Assembly (NCBI GenBank): GCA_030390025.1
Contig: CM059432.1
Coordinates: 66,342,001-66,406,000 of the forward strand
DNA from: Squalus acanthias
Taxonomy: Eukaryota
Length of the DNA stretch: 64,000 nucleotides
Direction: 5' to 3'
Made by a program: the position numbers and the translations under genes. How positions within the stretch are numbered: position 1 is the first letter of the stretch; every line of letters begins with the position of its first letter. Positions 48,249 through 59,400 of the stretch are shown piece after piece. The notes below the pieces were generated by a model. It was given only the letters and a program-made list of their open reading frames with translations, was not told the origin of the DNA and searched no databases.

Positions 48249-48548
48249 TTCCCATTTACACCTCCTCTTGACCCATTTTTTGTTTCTTTACTTGCCTCAT
48301 TACCATTCCCTTTCGCCATGCACCATCATCCATTTCGTCATTTAATCTCACCTGCCTTCCACCCTATCACAGACCTTCCCTTTTGTTCTTTCCTCCCCTC
48401 TCCCTTTCCCTGCCTCTGTAATTGCTTGAAACCTGTTAAATCTCGAACTTTTTCCAGTTCTGACAAAAGGTCATCGACCTGAAATGTTAACTCTGTTTCT
48501 CTCTCCACAGGTGCTACCTGACTGGCTGAGTATTTCCAGCATTTTCTG
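48249..48548 (+). mobile_element. Penelope-type pseudo-LTR (second family) with a decayed hammerhead
   Basis: AGTT-CTGACAA-A-AGGTC(ATC)GACCT-GAAA-TGTT-AACT at 48456-48492. Downstream sequence matches 42390-42537 in reverse complement. Confidence 0.7.
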
Positions 48549-49401
48549 GAAGCTTCCCTTTTCTGCCTTATCCTACCCTGTATGCTCCTTGACATCCAGG
48601 GGGCTCTAGATTTGGAAGTCCCAGCCTTTTTCTTTGTGGGAACATATTTGCACTGAAACCTTACGATCTCCTCCATGATTGCCTCCCACTGCTCTGACAC
48701 TGATTTGCCTTCAAGTATTTGTTTCCAGTCCACTTTCACTGAATCACATCTCAGCTTAGTAAAATAGGCCTTTCTCCAATTGAGAATCATAGAATCAGAA
48801 ATTTACCACACAGAAGGAGGCCATTCGGCCCATCGTGTCTGTGTCAAACTTATACTCTGATCTATCTTTGTCCCTTTCCATAACTATGCTAAATCAAACT
48901 GAATTGTGATTACTATCACCAACATGCTCCTCCACTGATAGCCCTCCCACCTGCCCAGCTTTATTCCCTAAAACTAAGCCCAGAACTGCTCCCTCTTGTT
49001 AGGCTTGCTTTGTACTGGCTAAAAAAGTTCTCCTGAATGCAATTTAAGAATTCTGCACCCTCTATACCTTTTACACTGCTTTTATCCAAGTTAATTTTTG
49101 GGAAGTTGAAATCCCCTACTGTTACTGCCTATTGTTTTTGCACTTTGCAGAAATTTGCCTGCATATTTGCTCTTCTATCTCCCTCTGACTGTTTGTGTGT
49201 CGATAGTACACTCCCAGCAGTGTGAGTGCCCTTTTTTTGTTCTTCAGTTCAACCCATATGGCCTCATTTGATGAACCTTCTAGCATATCAACAGCTGTAA
49301 TTGTTTCTTTAACCAGTATTGCGACCCCCCCTCATTTTTTACCCCCATCTCATCTGAAAATCCTGTATCCAGGAATGTTAAGCTGTCATTCCTGCTCTTC
49401 T

Positions 49402-50253
49402 CTAAGAGGGCGCTAATGGGTCGCAAAGCAACTAGCGCCCGTGGGCGGCGATGTTTGTGCCGCTAGCGAAATTGACCAGATATTTAGCAGCGGTGCTAAA
49501 CACTACCGCCACGATCTCCTGCGCCCGCAGATCATGACGTCAGTTGAACATGCAACACCCCGGTAGTGCCCCGGACAAGATATTGAGTGGCGCCCCCTGC
49601 CTTACCGCCTGCCGCTAGCAACGACAGGTTGAGGGGAGCGTTTTGCAGTCGGGAAGGGACTGGGGGAGCGCTATTTAAAGGCGACCGCTTCCTGCCTTTT
49701 TTTGTCGGCGACATTTTTGCACCACGCATTCTGAGTGAGAGAGAAGGACTCCTGGAGATATTCAACGTTGTGTTGAGGAGATTTGGGTACTGAGCAGCAC
49801 TTTGCAGGTTCATTTTGATTTGATCTTCCCTGCAGCGATTTAGAAGAGAATGTGGGGGCTGCACCCTGAGCTCTTTCCCATGGCCTCTCCATTGTTCTTT
49901 CCAGCAGATTTGATGTACAGGTCTCTCCAGGCCGAGATTCAAGGCTGCAATGAGTAGGGTGTGGATGGAGAGTAAGATCGACCCTCCTCTTTAAGAACTG
50001 GCCGGCGCCAATGTGTCTGTGTTCCATTGCTGACTGACATCACATGAGCTTCGCCAGCGCTCTGAGGTAACGCCTCGCTCCTTGGCGTTAGCACCTTAAG
50101 ACAGGTGTGTAGCGCCTGATTTAGCGCTCCAATCACCTCCAGGGGCGATAGAAGCCAAGTTTGCAGTCGGAGGGGATAATTAGCGCCAGGCGCTAAACTT
50201 TGCGCCCAGCTGATAATTGCACCCCAAACGGGTCGATACCGAATTTATCCCCC
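49402..50253. mobile_element. Internally deleted derivative H3 of the H1/H2 Harbinger family (inverted)
   Basis: Reverse-complement matches to both H2 ends. TIR ACCGAATTTATCCCCC ends at 50253, the other TIR is lost. Both genes are deleted after their first codons. Confidence 0.9.
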
Positions 50254-50256
50254 TTT

Positions 50257-50672
50257 GGGCTGGATTTTCATTGACCCATGGAGGCTGGTTTGGAGGCGTG
50301 TGGGGGGTTAAAATTGCGAAAACTGGCGGGTGGGCACAAGTCCACCTCCATCCCGCCTCCACGCAATTTTCATTAAATCGTGTCTGCTGGTCCCGACTCC
50401 GTCCCACCTTTAAGAGGCGGGATAGGCTGTTAAGGCCCTTAACAAGCACTAAATTGGCTCTATAATGCCATTTTGAAAGGCATTTGTGATTTTAACCCTT
50501 GTTCTATGTGAAGCACGCCTGTTCTGAACCACGAATGTGAAACCTGGCGGGAGCACATTTCGAAAGCTGACTATCAGCTGCAGGTCCACTATTACAATGG
50601 AGAAGTAGTAGTAGGAAAAATATCTGGGAGAAGACCTAGGGCTGCTGCTCATTTTGCCTTCACAGCAAAGGC

Positions 50673-50708
<36 letters not shown>

Positions 50709-50969
50709 AGCAGACTTTTGCATCCAGGTCCTCTCACAGCAAAGGCCAGGCAGTCTTTGCAGACCTCCAATGCAGCAGCAATGATGACATCATCAGAGGT
50801 GACTTTCAGACTGAAAACACTAATTGGGTCATGGGTTCCCACATGCTGGAACTCAATTGTCCAATTAGGTGAAAATCGCATCAATCTCCCACATCCAATT
50901 GCAGTCGGGTGGTTAACATGAAAAGTGGATGACACAACCCCAACCCACCCCAGTATCAAAATCCAGCCC
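50257..50969. mobile_element. Harbinger MITE (family B)
   Basis: Perfect TIR GGGCTGGATTTT, TSD TTT, internal (CT)n. Both ends resemble 16683-19910. Confidence 0.92.
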
Positions 50970-51392
50970 TTTGTGTCTAAGTGTCTATTTGTGCCCTCAG
51001 CTTAACTGCCTTAGTCACTTGACACCTTGCATTAAAGTAAATACCATTAAGCACTGCCAAACTCTCTTGTCTATTTTCTAACCTTTGTTTCCTCTGCCTT
51101 CCAAAAATACTTACTAACTTTCTGCCTTCCATTTCCAGCTTAGCTTCTCTCCCTTCTGAGTGTACGCTCAGGTTCCCATTCCCCTGAAAAGCTAGTTTAA
51201 AACCTCTCCAACAGCACCAGCAAACCTCCCCATGACGCTATTGGTCCTGACCCTGTTGAGATGCAATCCATACAGCTTGTTCAGGTCTCATCTCCCCCAA
51301 TACCCCAGGAATCTAAAGCCCTCCCTCCTGTACCATCTCTCCAGCCACGCATTCATCTGCACTATCCTCCTATTTCTGTACTTAATAACATC

Positions 51393-51478
51393 CAACTCTA
51401 GCAGGATTCGAACCAACAACCTTAAAACAACTACTATTGATTAGAAGTCCAATGTGCTAGCCATTGGGCCACAGAACC
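51393..51478 (-). tRNA. tRNA-Arg(TCT) pseudogene with 13-nt intron
   Basis: GGTTCTGTGGCCCAATGGCTAGCACATTGGACT-TCT-A[ATCAATAGTAGTT]GTTTTAAGGTTGTTGGTTCGAATCCTGCTAGAGTTG, 73+13 nt. Mismatches in the D, T and anticodon stems. Confidence 0.8.
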
Positions 51479-51639
51479 CATTTGTTGCCAATTTATAAAA
51501 CTCAGCAAGTCATTCTGCTAATAATTTTTCTGGCTCTGCTGGAGTTGGAATCAGGCAGATGAGCACATTCTCCTTGTTTAGTGTTCCACTCTAAGACTAT
51601 TTCTAAGATATTTTTAAAACTATTTTTAAGTGCTTAACA

Positions 51640-54158
51640 GAAGCATAGAAGATAGGAGCAGGAGTAGGCCATTCGGCCCCTCGAGCCTGCTCCGCCATTT
51701 AATGAGATCATGGCTGATCATCCAAATTCAGTACCCTGTCCCTGCTTTCTCCCCATATCCCTTGATCCCCTTAGCCTTAAGAAATATATCTATCTCCTTC
51801 TTGAATCTATTTAATGAATTGGCCTCAACTGCCTTCTGTGGTAGAGAATTCCACAGGTTCACCAATCTCTGGGTGAAGAAATTCCTCCTCATCTCAGTCC
51901 TAAATGGCTTACCCCTTATCCTTAGACTGTGACCTCTGGTTCTGGACTCCCCCGCCATCGGGAACATCCTTCCTGCATCTAGTCTGTCTAGTCCTGTTAG
52001 AATTTTATAAGTTTCAATGAGATCCCCTCTCATTCTTCTAAACTCTAGCGAATATAAGCCTAATCGACCCAATCTCTCTTCATACGTCATTCCTGCCATC
52101 CCAGGTATCAGTCTGGTAAATCTTCGCTGCACTCCCTCCATGGCAAGAACATCCTTCCTCAGATAATGATGTGGAGATGCCGGTGTTGGACTGGGGTGGA
52201 CAAATGTGAGAAGTCGCACAACACCAGGTTATAGTCCAACAGGTTTATTTGAAATCACAAGCTTTCGGAGCGCTGCTTCTTCGTCAGGTGACGAAGGAGC
52301 AGTGCTCCGAAAGCTTGTGATTTCAAATAAACCTGTTGGACTATAACCTGGTTTTGTGCGACTTCTCACATTTTTCCTCAGATAAAGCGACCAAAACTGC
52401 ACACAATACTCAAGGTGTGGTCTCACCAAGGCCTTGTACAACTGCAGCAAGACATCCTTGCTCCTGTACTCGAATCCTCTCGCTATGAAGGCCAACATAC
52501 CATTTGCCTTTTTAACCACCTTCAGCGACTGGTGCACAAGGACTCCCAGATCTCGTTGCATTTCCCCTTTTCCCAATCTATTGCCATTCAGATAATAATC
52601 TGTCTTCCTGTTTTTGCCACCAAAGTGGATAACCTCGCATTTATTCACATTATACTGCATCTGCCAAGCATCTGCCCAATCACCCAACCTGTCCAAATCA
52701 TACTGGAGTTTCTCTGCATCCTCCTCACAGCACACACGCCCACCCAGCTTTGTGTCGTCTACAAACTTAGAGATATTACATCTAGTTCCCTCGTCTAGGT
52801 CATTAATATATATTGTGAATAGCTGGGGTCCTAGCACCGATCCCTGCGGTACCCCACTAGTCACTGCCTGCCACTCGGAAAAAGACTCGTTTATTCCAAC
52901 TCTTTGCTTCCTGTCTGCCAACCAGTTCTCTATCCAAATCAGTACCTTACCCCCAATCCCATGTGCTTTAACTTTGCACGCTAGTCTTTTATGCGGGACC
53001 TTATCGAAAGCCTTCTGAAAGTCCAAATACACCACATCCACTGGTTCTCCCTTATCTATTCTACCAGTTACATCCTCAAAAAATTCCAGTAGATTAGTCA
53101 GGCATGATTTCCCTTTTGTAAATCCATGTTGACTTTGTCCGATCCTGTCACTGTTTTCCAAGTGCTCTGCTATTACATCTTTTATAATGGACTCTAGCAT
53201 TTTGCCCACTACCGATGTTAGGCTTACCGGTCTATAATTCCCCGTTTTTTCTCTACCACCTTTTTTAAATAGTGGGGTTACATTAGCTACCCTCCAATCC
53301 ATGGGAACTGTTCCAGAGTCTATAGAATTTTGAAAGATGACCAGCAATGCAACTACTATTTCTAGGGCCACTTCCTTAAGTACCCTAGGATGTAGATTAT
53401 CAGGCCCTGGGGATTTATCGGCCTTCAATTCCCTAACACCATTTCCCTACAAATACTGATTTCATTCAATTCCTCCCTCTCATTAGACCCTATGTTCCCC
53501 GACATCTCTGGGAGTTTATTTGTGTCCTCCTTTGTGAAGACAGAACCAAAGTATGTATTTAATTGGTCTGCCATTTCTTTGTTCCCCATTATAAATTCCC
53601 CTGATTCTGACTGCAAGGGACCTACGCTTGACCTCACCAATCTTTTTCTCTTCACATATCTATAGAAGCTTTTACAGTTAGTTTTTATGTTCCCTGAAAG
53701 CTTACTCTCATATTCTATTTCCCCCCCCTCTTAATTAATCCCTTTGTCCTCCTTTGCTGAATCCTAAACTGCTCCCAATCCTCAGGTTTGCTGCTTTTTC
53801 TGGCCAATTTATATGTCCTCTCCTTGGATCTTATGCTAGCCCTAATTTCCCTTGTTAGCCACAGTTGAGTCGCCTTTTTTATTTTATTTTTATGCCAAAC
53901 AGGGATGAACAAATTCTGTAGTTCATCCATGCGATCTTTAAATGTTTGCCATTGTCTATCCACCGTCAACCCTTTAAATAATGCTCCCCAATCCATCCTA
54001 GCCAACTCGCGCCTCATTCCATCGTAGTTTCCTTTATTTAAATTCAGGACCCTAGTCTCTGAGTCAACTACTTCACTCTCCAGCTTAATGAAGAATTCTA
54101 TCATATTATGATCGCTCCTCCCCAAGGGGCCTCGCACAACAAGATTGCTAATTAATCC
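51640..54158 (-). mobile_element. Young CR1 (longest copy) with a Penelope insertion
   Basis: ORFs 53715..54173, 53425..53655, 52229..53428 and 51728..52219. Confidence 0.95.
52167..52373. mobile_element. Palindromic Penelope-type pseudo-LTR insertion with hammerhead cores
   Basis: 12-bp TSD TTCCTCAGATAA (52155-52166 / 52374-52385). 85-bp inverted arms 52202-52286 and 52289-52373. Hammerhead at 52255-52291 on the minus strand. Confidence 0.85.
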
Positions 54159-54399
54159 TGTGCATTTTGCCATTTTTTTTCAAAAACATTGCATGTTGTT
54201 CACACAAGTCATCCAGTTGCCATTTTATTTGTGTGGAGAATGAAGAGAGACAATTATAATCATGATACCACAGCAGGACCCCTATTTTTTTTAATTCATT
54301 TATGGGATGTGGGCGTCGCTGGCACGATTGTTTTCCCTTCAATGTATCTCTCATTCGTTCTCAGCACATAGATCAAACATGGTGGCTTGTAACTGCTGG

Positions 54400-55200
54400 A
54401 TCTTGACCTAGGATCAACGTTTCCTTTAGTAGTCAACATTGCTTGCCCTTCCTCACCTGTTTCATTTTGTGACTCACCCTGTATTTCCACTTTAAACCAC
54501 TATTGTGATAATTCAAAGTTAATGTACGTGAGATGTTGCTTGGTGGTGACGCAGGGTGCTACATTGCAAGATCTTGGTGATTGGGGTCAGTTTCATCATT
54601 GTTGCCTTTCTGCAGAGCTGAAAACATAAAATTTATCATATTTTGAGTAAATAGCCTTATTTGCCCATATTGCAGCAGCACATCCAGAAGATATGACACT
54701 CTGTGGTATCTCAAGATTACTTCAGGTGCCCACATAAATCATCCTTTAATCTTCACAACTGTAAGATATCAGTATAATGTTACAAACTATGACTTTGCAT
54801 GCATACTCTTGCCTTACTGCTATACAGTTCTTCATAAACAATTGAGTGATTGCTTTTTCATAAGGGGTCAACTGTATCCTCCTGATCCTTATACCAGTCT
54901 GCTGCTCGCACCAATTGAATACCATCTTCTCTTGCAATGGCAACAATTTGCGGGGAATTCAAAGTGCAGAGTACATTTACAATGTAAATGTGCTACCTAA
55001 GGTGCTTTTATATTCTGTGAGACCCATACTAGTGCCATCAGGTTTCCCAAGTGCAGGTAACACACAAAGTTAGAAGCTGAATGAAAAAATTCCCAGATTC
55101 ACGAAAATCAATTTGCTTGGAAGGCCCCATTTTAGGAGGTCTTCCAGTCTTAGCCAGTCTTAACAAGTCTTGTCAGTATTTTATTAGTTTCCAGCCAGCT
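54400..55200 (-). pseudogene. Very old Harbinger Myb gene relic (exons 1-3)
   Basis: ..QDLLRLAK near 55160, EKMVFNWCEQQTG..IQLTPYE (exon-2-like) in ORF 54746..54946, acceptor TTTTCAG near 54620. Confidence 0.45.
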
Positions 55201-56036
55201 GTATGAGATCTACTCTTGGGGAACTCAGAAGCATAAGTGCAATATAAAAGCCTTTTTAGTGCCTGTGATATCATCTATGAATCTTATAATGAAGGCTCAT
55301 GGATTGATGGCAAATTAGATAAATAGATTGAAAACTGTTTTAACAATAGAAAGCAGAAGTTCATAATAAATAGAAAAGTATTCGGGGGAAAGACTTATGG
55401 AATTCCACCTGTCAGTTAATTTGATCCTAAAAAGAATCGAGTTTTGGCTGAAAAATTGTGTTGAATTTGCACAAATCTTTAGCATCCAGTCCTGTTGATT
55501 ATTAAAAAGCTCCACCAATTATGCTCATTTTTGGTTGCAGGTCCAATCTAATTTCTATTATATTTTATGTTCACTATGACCATAAATGTAGAGTTTAAAT
55601 CTACTGGAACATGGAGGTAAATGCTTGTCTTTATTACTCCTGGTTCAAAGCTTTGAAAACTGGGAACTCAGGCATGTACTCCCATGTATCTCCATCCATT
55701 GCCAGGAGCACTAAAGACAAATGGTGTAAATATACACCCTTTACAAAGAAGTCTTGGCTTCAGCGTAACTAATACTGGAAATGTGACTGAAAACCCTTCA
55801 TATCATAAACAAGAAAGCGAAACATAAGCTAAACAAGAGGACAATAAAATACTTATTCCCAAAAAGAAGAAAATATAGCAGAATGTTGACTTTTAATTTG
55901 ACATTGATTTGCGGTTACCAGATGGTAATGTCTTCACTGCATGGGTGATAATCTGGCAGAGAGGATCGTCCACCAGTTACAGGCCCTGCCTGATTTTCAT
56001 TCCATTGATACCTTTATGACAGTTGGTATGCACAAT

Positions 56037-56829
56037 GGCCCGGAATTTGCAGTCAGCAGTGAAGCGATAGGCATTCACTGCTGGCCCCAAAGTACGCTTC
56101 GCACAAGGATCTCACAATCCCTTTGTCAAGAACTTCGGGTTTTCTGACCTTCAATTCAATTCAACGGACTGTAGTGGGGATCCCCCTGTGCGAACTGCTG
56201 TGACGTCAGCAGGCTGTCGCAGCAGCCAATCAAAAGGCAGAATTCTCACAGGCAGCGAACAAGGAAGTGAGTAAGCTCTTAAAACTTTTTAAAATAGTTA
56301 GAGAGCAAATTAAATATTGGTGCTCTCACATGGAGAAAAGGTAAACCTGAACTAAAGATGGACAAACCTTCCGAAAAATTTAAAAAAAAACATTTTTGGA
56401 AAGTTTCTTAAAAATTTAAATTTTTATTAAAATGGACAAATTTCACACTGCACAAAATAAATATTAGTTTTCCAGGCCCTTAACATTTCTTTAGCAGTAA
56501 TAACGCTGTCAAAACCCCACTTACACCTAAATCCTTTGGGTCTATCTTTTAGTGGGGAATTTAACAGGGTAATTACTGTGGAAGAGCTGAAGTTTTCGTC
56601 AGTTTCAGTGATTCGGCTGATTACACAGATTGCCGGCTCTGGAGGGGTGGGGTGGGTGGGGGGGCGAGGGTTGCACAGCGCAGCCTGCTTCAGAGCCGTC
56701 AATGACTGACCGCAACTTCGGGATTTCCGCCTGCGCCTGCACCAAATCCCGAAGTTGCGGTCAGTTTCAAAGGCAGAGTAACACCGAACACTGACAGTTC
56801 GCCGTCATCCCGACCGCAAATTCCCGGCC
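56037..56829. mobile_element. Harbinger-like MITE (family D)
   Basis: 18-bp TIR GGCCCGGAATTTGCAGTC / GACCGCAAATTCCCGGCC, TSD AAT, internal hairpin 56703-56770. Confidence 0.88.
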
Positions 56830-57349
56830 AATATTGCAAAACATTTATGTCCTAGTGAACATGATTGAAGCCATGTTGCACAGTGAGCACAAGAATATTT
56901 AGATTCTGACATATGGGATTGGTGTCCTTTCTCTTTCTGCTCTGTTGCCATGGAATGAAGACAAAGGAACAGTGCAGCAAATGAATCCCTCTTACCTGTC
57001 AATGCCTTGTGTAGGATACAGTCATATATGAGATTGCCTTATTTTACACACAAGTATCTGTTTCATGAAAGGATTTTATTTTATATTTTTTCCATGCCTC
57101 AGTTACAACAGGTTTCTTGTGTTAGACAGAGACAACAAAAAGGTGGCCATGGATTTGAGGGTAGTGGAGGAGAGGAAAAGCTGTAGTTATACTTCAAACC
57201 TGCCTAAAGTCTCTTAATGCATGATAGCTAAAACCAGGGGCCAAGAAGAAATTAAAGTGTAGGATGTGGGATATTCACATACAGCAGTCAATATATTGGT
57301 TGGCTATTCCTGACATCTCTATTTATTTGATTTAAATTTCTGCCAACTT

Positions 57350-57633
57350 ATTTAGAAGCGGTTTATTTGGAACTGGTGCCATTCTGTCAGCACAACCAAG
57401 AGGGAGGCCTGGGACGAAATTCTTCAGGGGTTGAATGCAATCTCTAGGAAAAGATTTAATAAATACTGGCAAGGAGAAGATTGTGCTCAACCCAAGAAAG
57501 AAGACCAGGTGGAGGGAACCCACACAGCTGAAGGAGGTGGGACTGGCACAACTCAGGGTTGCAGACCCCTTTAGTTTAGAAAGTATGGAGTGTGCTACAA
57601 TGTTTGATGTGGGACATACCATCACTGAAACTG
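57350..57633 (+). pseudogene. Ancient Harbinger Myb relic
   Basis: TKREAWDEILQGLNAIS and DLINTGKEKIVLN fragments, donor CTG|GTAGGT at 57634. Confidence 0.5.
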
Positions 57634-59099
57634 GTAGGTTCCAGCCCAATGTGCGCTGTTGCCATATACAACATATATGTAATAGGAAATAATTGTTAAA
57701 TCCTACAAATACATATTACATGTCTGAAGTAATATGTTACCTTTTGTCAAAAAGTTTTTATTTGTTGCTGATATAATCAAAGGTGTTGCCATCCATGCCT
57801 AATATATAATTTTCTCTCTTGACTAATGAAGCTGGACAATTTAAAGCAACAGAGCTACAGATCACACAGTATAAATATTACTGCAACAAGCACCAGCACG
57901 AGATTCAGGCACCTGCACCACCCTGTGGAAACTATCCTGGCAGAGAAGACATGGGCACTGTGAGTGCAAGAAAATGAACTGGAGAGATCTCAGGTGCATT
58001 TACAATAGCAGTAGGCATGTTCGGTGTTGGAGGACCAGCACAATATATACAATGCCAATTTTCAGAATGCAAGAGACTTGTGAATGGACACTGTGGAAGG
58101 CCTAATTGCTGTGACAGGTGCTGCTTGGGACAATGGATCAGTTGTGCTTCAATCCATCATACAGATACATACTATGGATGACAGTAGGAGATATTGATGT
58201 GCTGTGTTGATCCCCCTCTTTGTGGTAATGATAAACTATGTGGAGACATATTTGGCACCCTCAACTAATTGATGGATTGTTATTCTTAACAGTGCTCCTA
58301 TCACCGACTGCTCTGTCACACATAGGTAAAAATATGTTGTGGGAAAGTAATAAACTGATTCACAGGTTCAAAGGACATTTTAAACTGTAAGAATGAATGT
58401 TATCTGAACCCACGATGTGCATAGAAACACAGCTCTGTTAGCTTTCTTCTGTATATGTACAAGTACAAATGGTTTTATAAAATTCATCAGCTAACCCTTA
58501 AATGGGTTAACACCGCCGTTAAAATATTGCAAACAGTAATTTGGTACCAAGCTCATTAAGTGCATTTAAATTTTAAAATGTGTGTGTTGGAGCATAAACA
58601 AGCCTAATATGAATATTTAAAATTGTTTTAAATTGAAATGTTGATCAAGTAAATAGGGCATAGGCCATCCATTTGATATGTTAACTTCTGAGTGACCATC
58701 ATGATTGTGCTACGGTCATCTCGCTAAAATGTGAAAAGTATTTCAGCAGTTTTGATACCCTTTATGTGATATGTTATTCTTATTCATTGCAATTTTGTAA
58801 GAGGACATTGCACACTATAGAGGGTATGACCTTTTCACATTGAGTGTAAGCTTGTTGAAGTACATTTTGGTAAACTTTGGGGTAGCAATCTGTTCATGCC
58901 CAAAAACAGGCATGAGGGGGGCTAGGGAATGATTCCTGCATCTGAATAGATAGGCTCGAGGTGTACATTATATTGGGCCTCAGGCCTCAATCATTGAACT
59001 GGCGAGCTGCGGATATCTAATGGGCATCCCCAGGAAACTTTCCGGAGAAGAAGCCTCTTAGATTGCAGATAGCGACCCTCAGGTTAGTCCTTAAAGTGG

Positions 59100-59400
59100 A
59101 CCCGGGGATAGGGGTGACCAGGAGGGGGCGATTGGGAGAGGTGTCGACTGGGAGGGGGACGAATGGAAGAGGGAGTGACCTGGAAGGGGGCGACTGGAAG
59201 GGGATGATCAGGAGGGGGCTTGGTGGCGGCAAATTGGAGGGGTGACAGCAAGGAATGGGGGCAGGGAGGGGGTTGTTGGGGTCATGATCGGGGGGAGTCA
59301 AGGTCGGGATCGAGGGGGGTTGAGGTTGCAATCGGGGGGGGGGGGGGGTAAAAGGTCGCTACCAGAGAGTAGGGGAGGGAAGGGAGAATGGTGGCCGACA
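59100..59400 (+). repeat. G-rich low-complexity tract
   Basis: Many G3-G16 runs on the + strand, probably the interior of a decayed MITE. Confidence 0.6.

Larger units (their letters stand above)
48549..51385 (-). mobile_element. Older CR1 5' / endonuclease-region fragment split by H3, a MITE and a short CR1 tail (48786-48845)
   Basis: ORF 48338..48790 (ILNWRKAYF..APWM) resembles the CR1 linker in 53715..54173. Confidence 0.65.

Noticed and set aside
52229..52373. Novel C-terminus on the 399-aa CR1 RT ORF
   Set aside because: Read-through into the Penelope-type insertion.
54560..54620. Apparent terminal host exon ALQKGNNDETDPNHQDLAM* on the minus strand
   Set aside because: Better explained as exon 3 of a decayed Harbinger Myb gene, since exon-2-like sequence lies upstream.
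59100..59400. Functional G-quadruplex element
   Set aside because: G-runs are real but sit in probable decayed repeat sequence with no other support.
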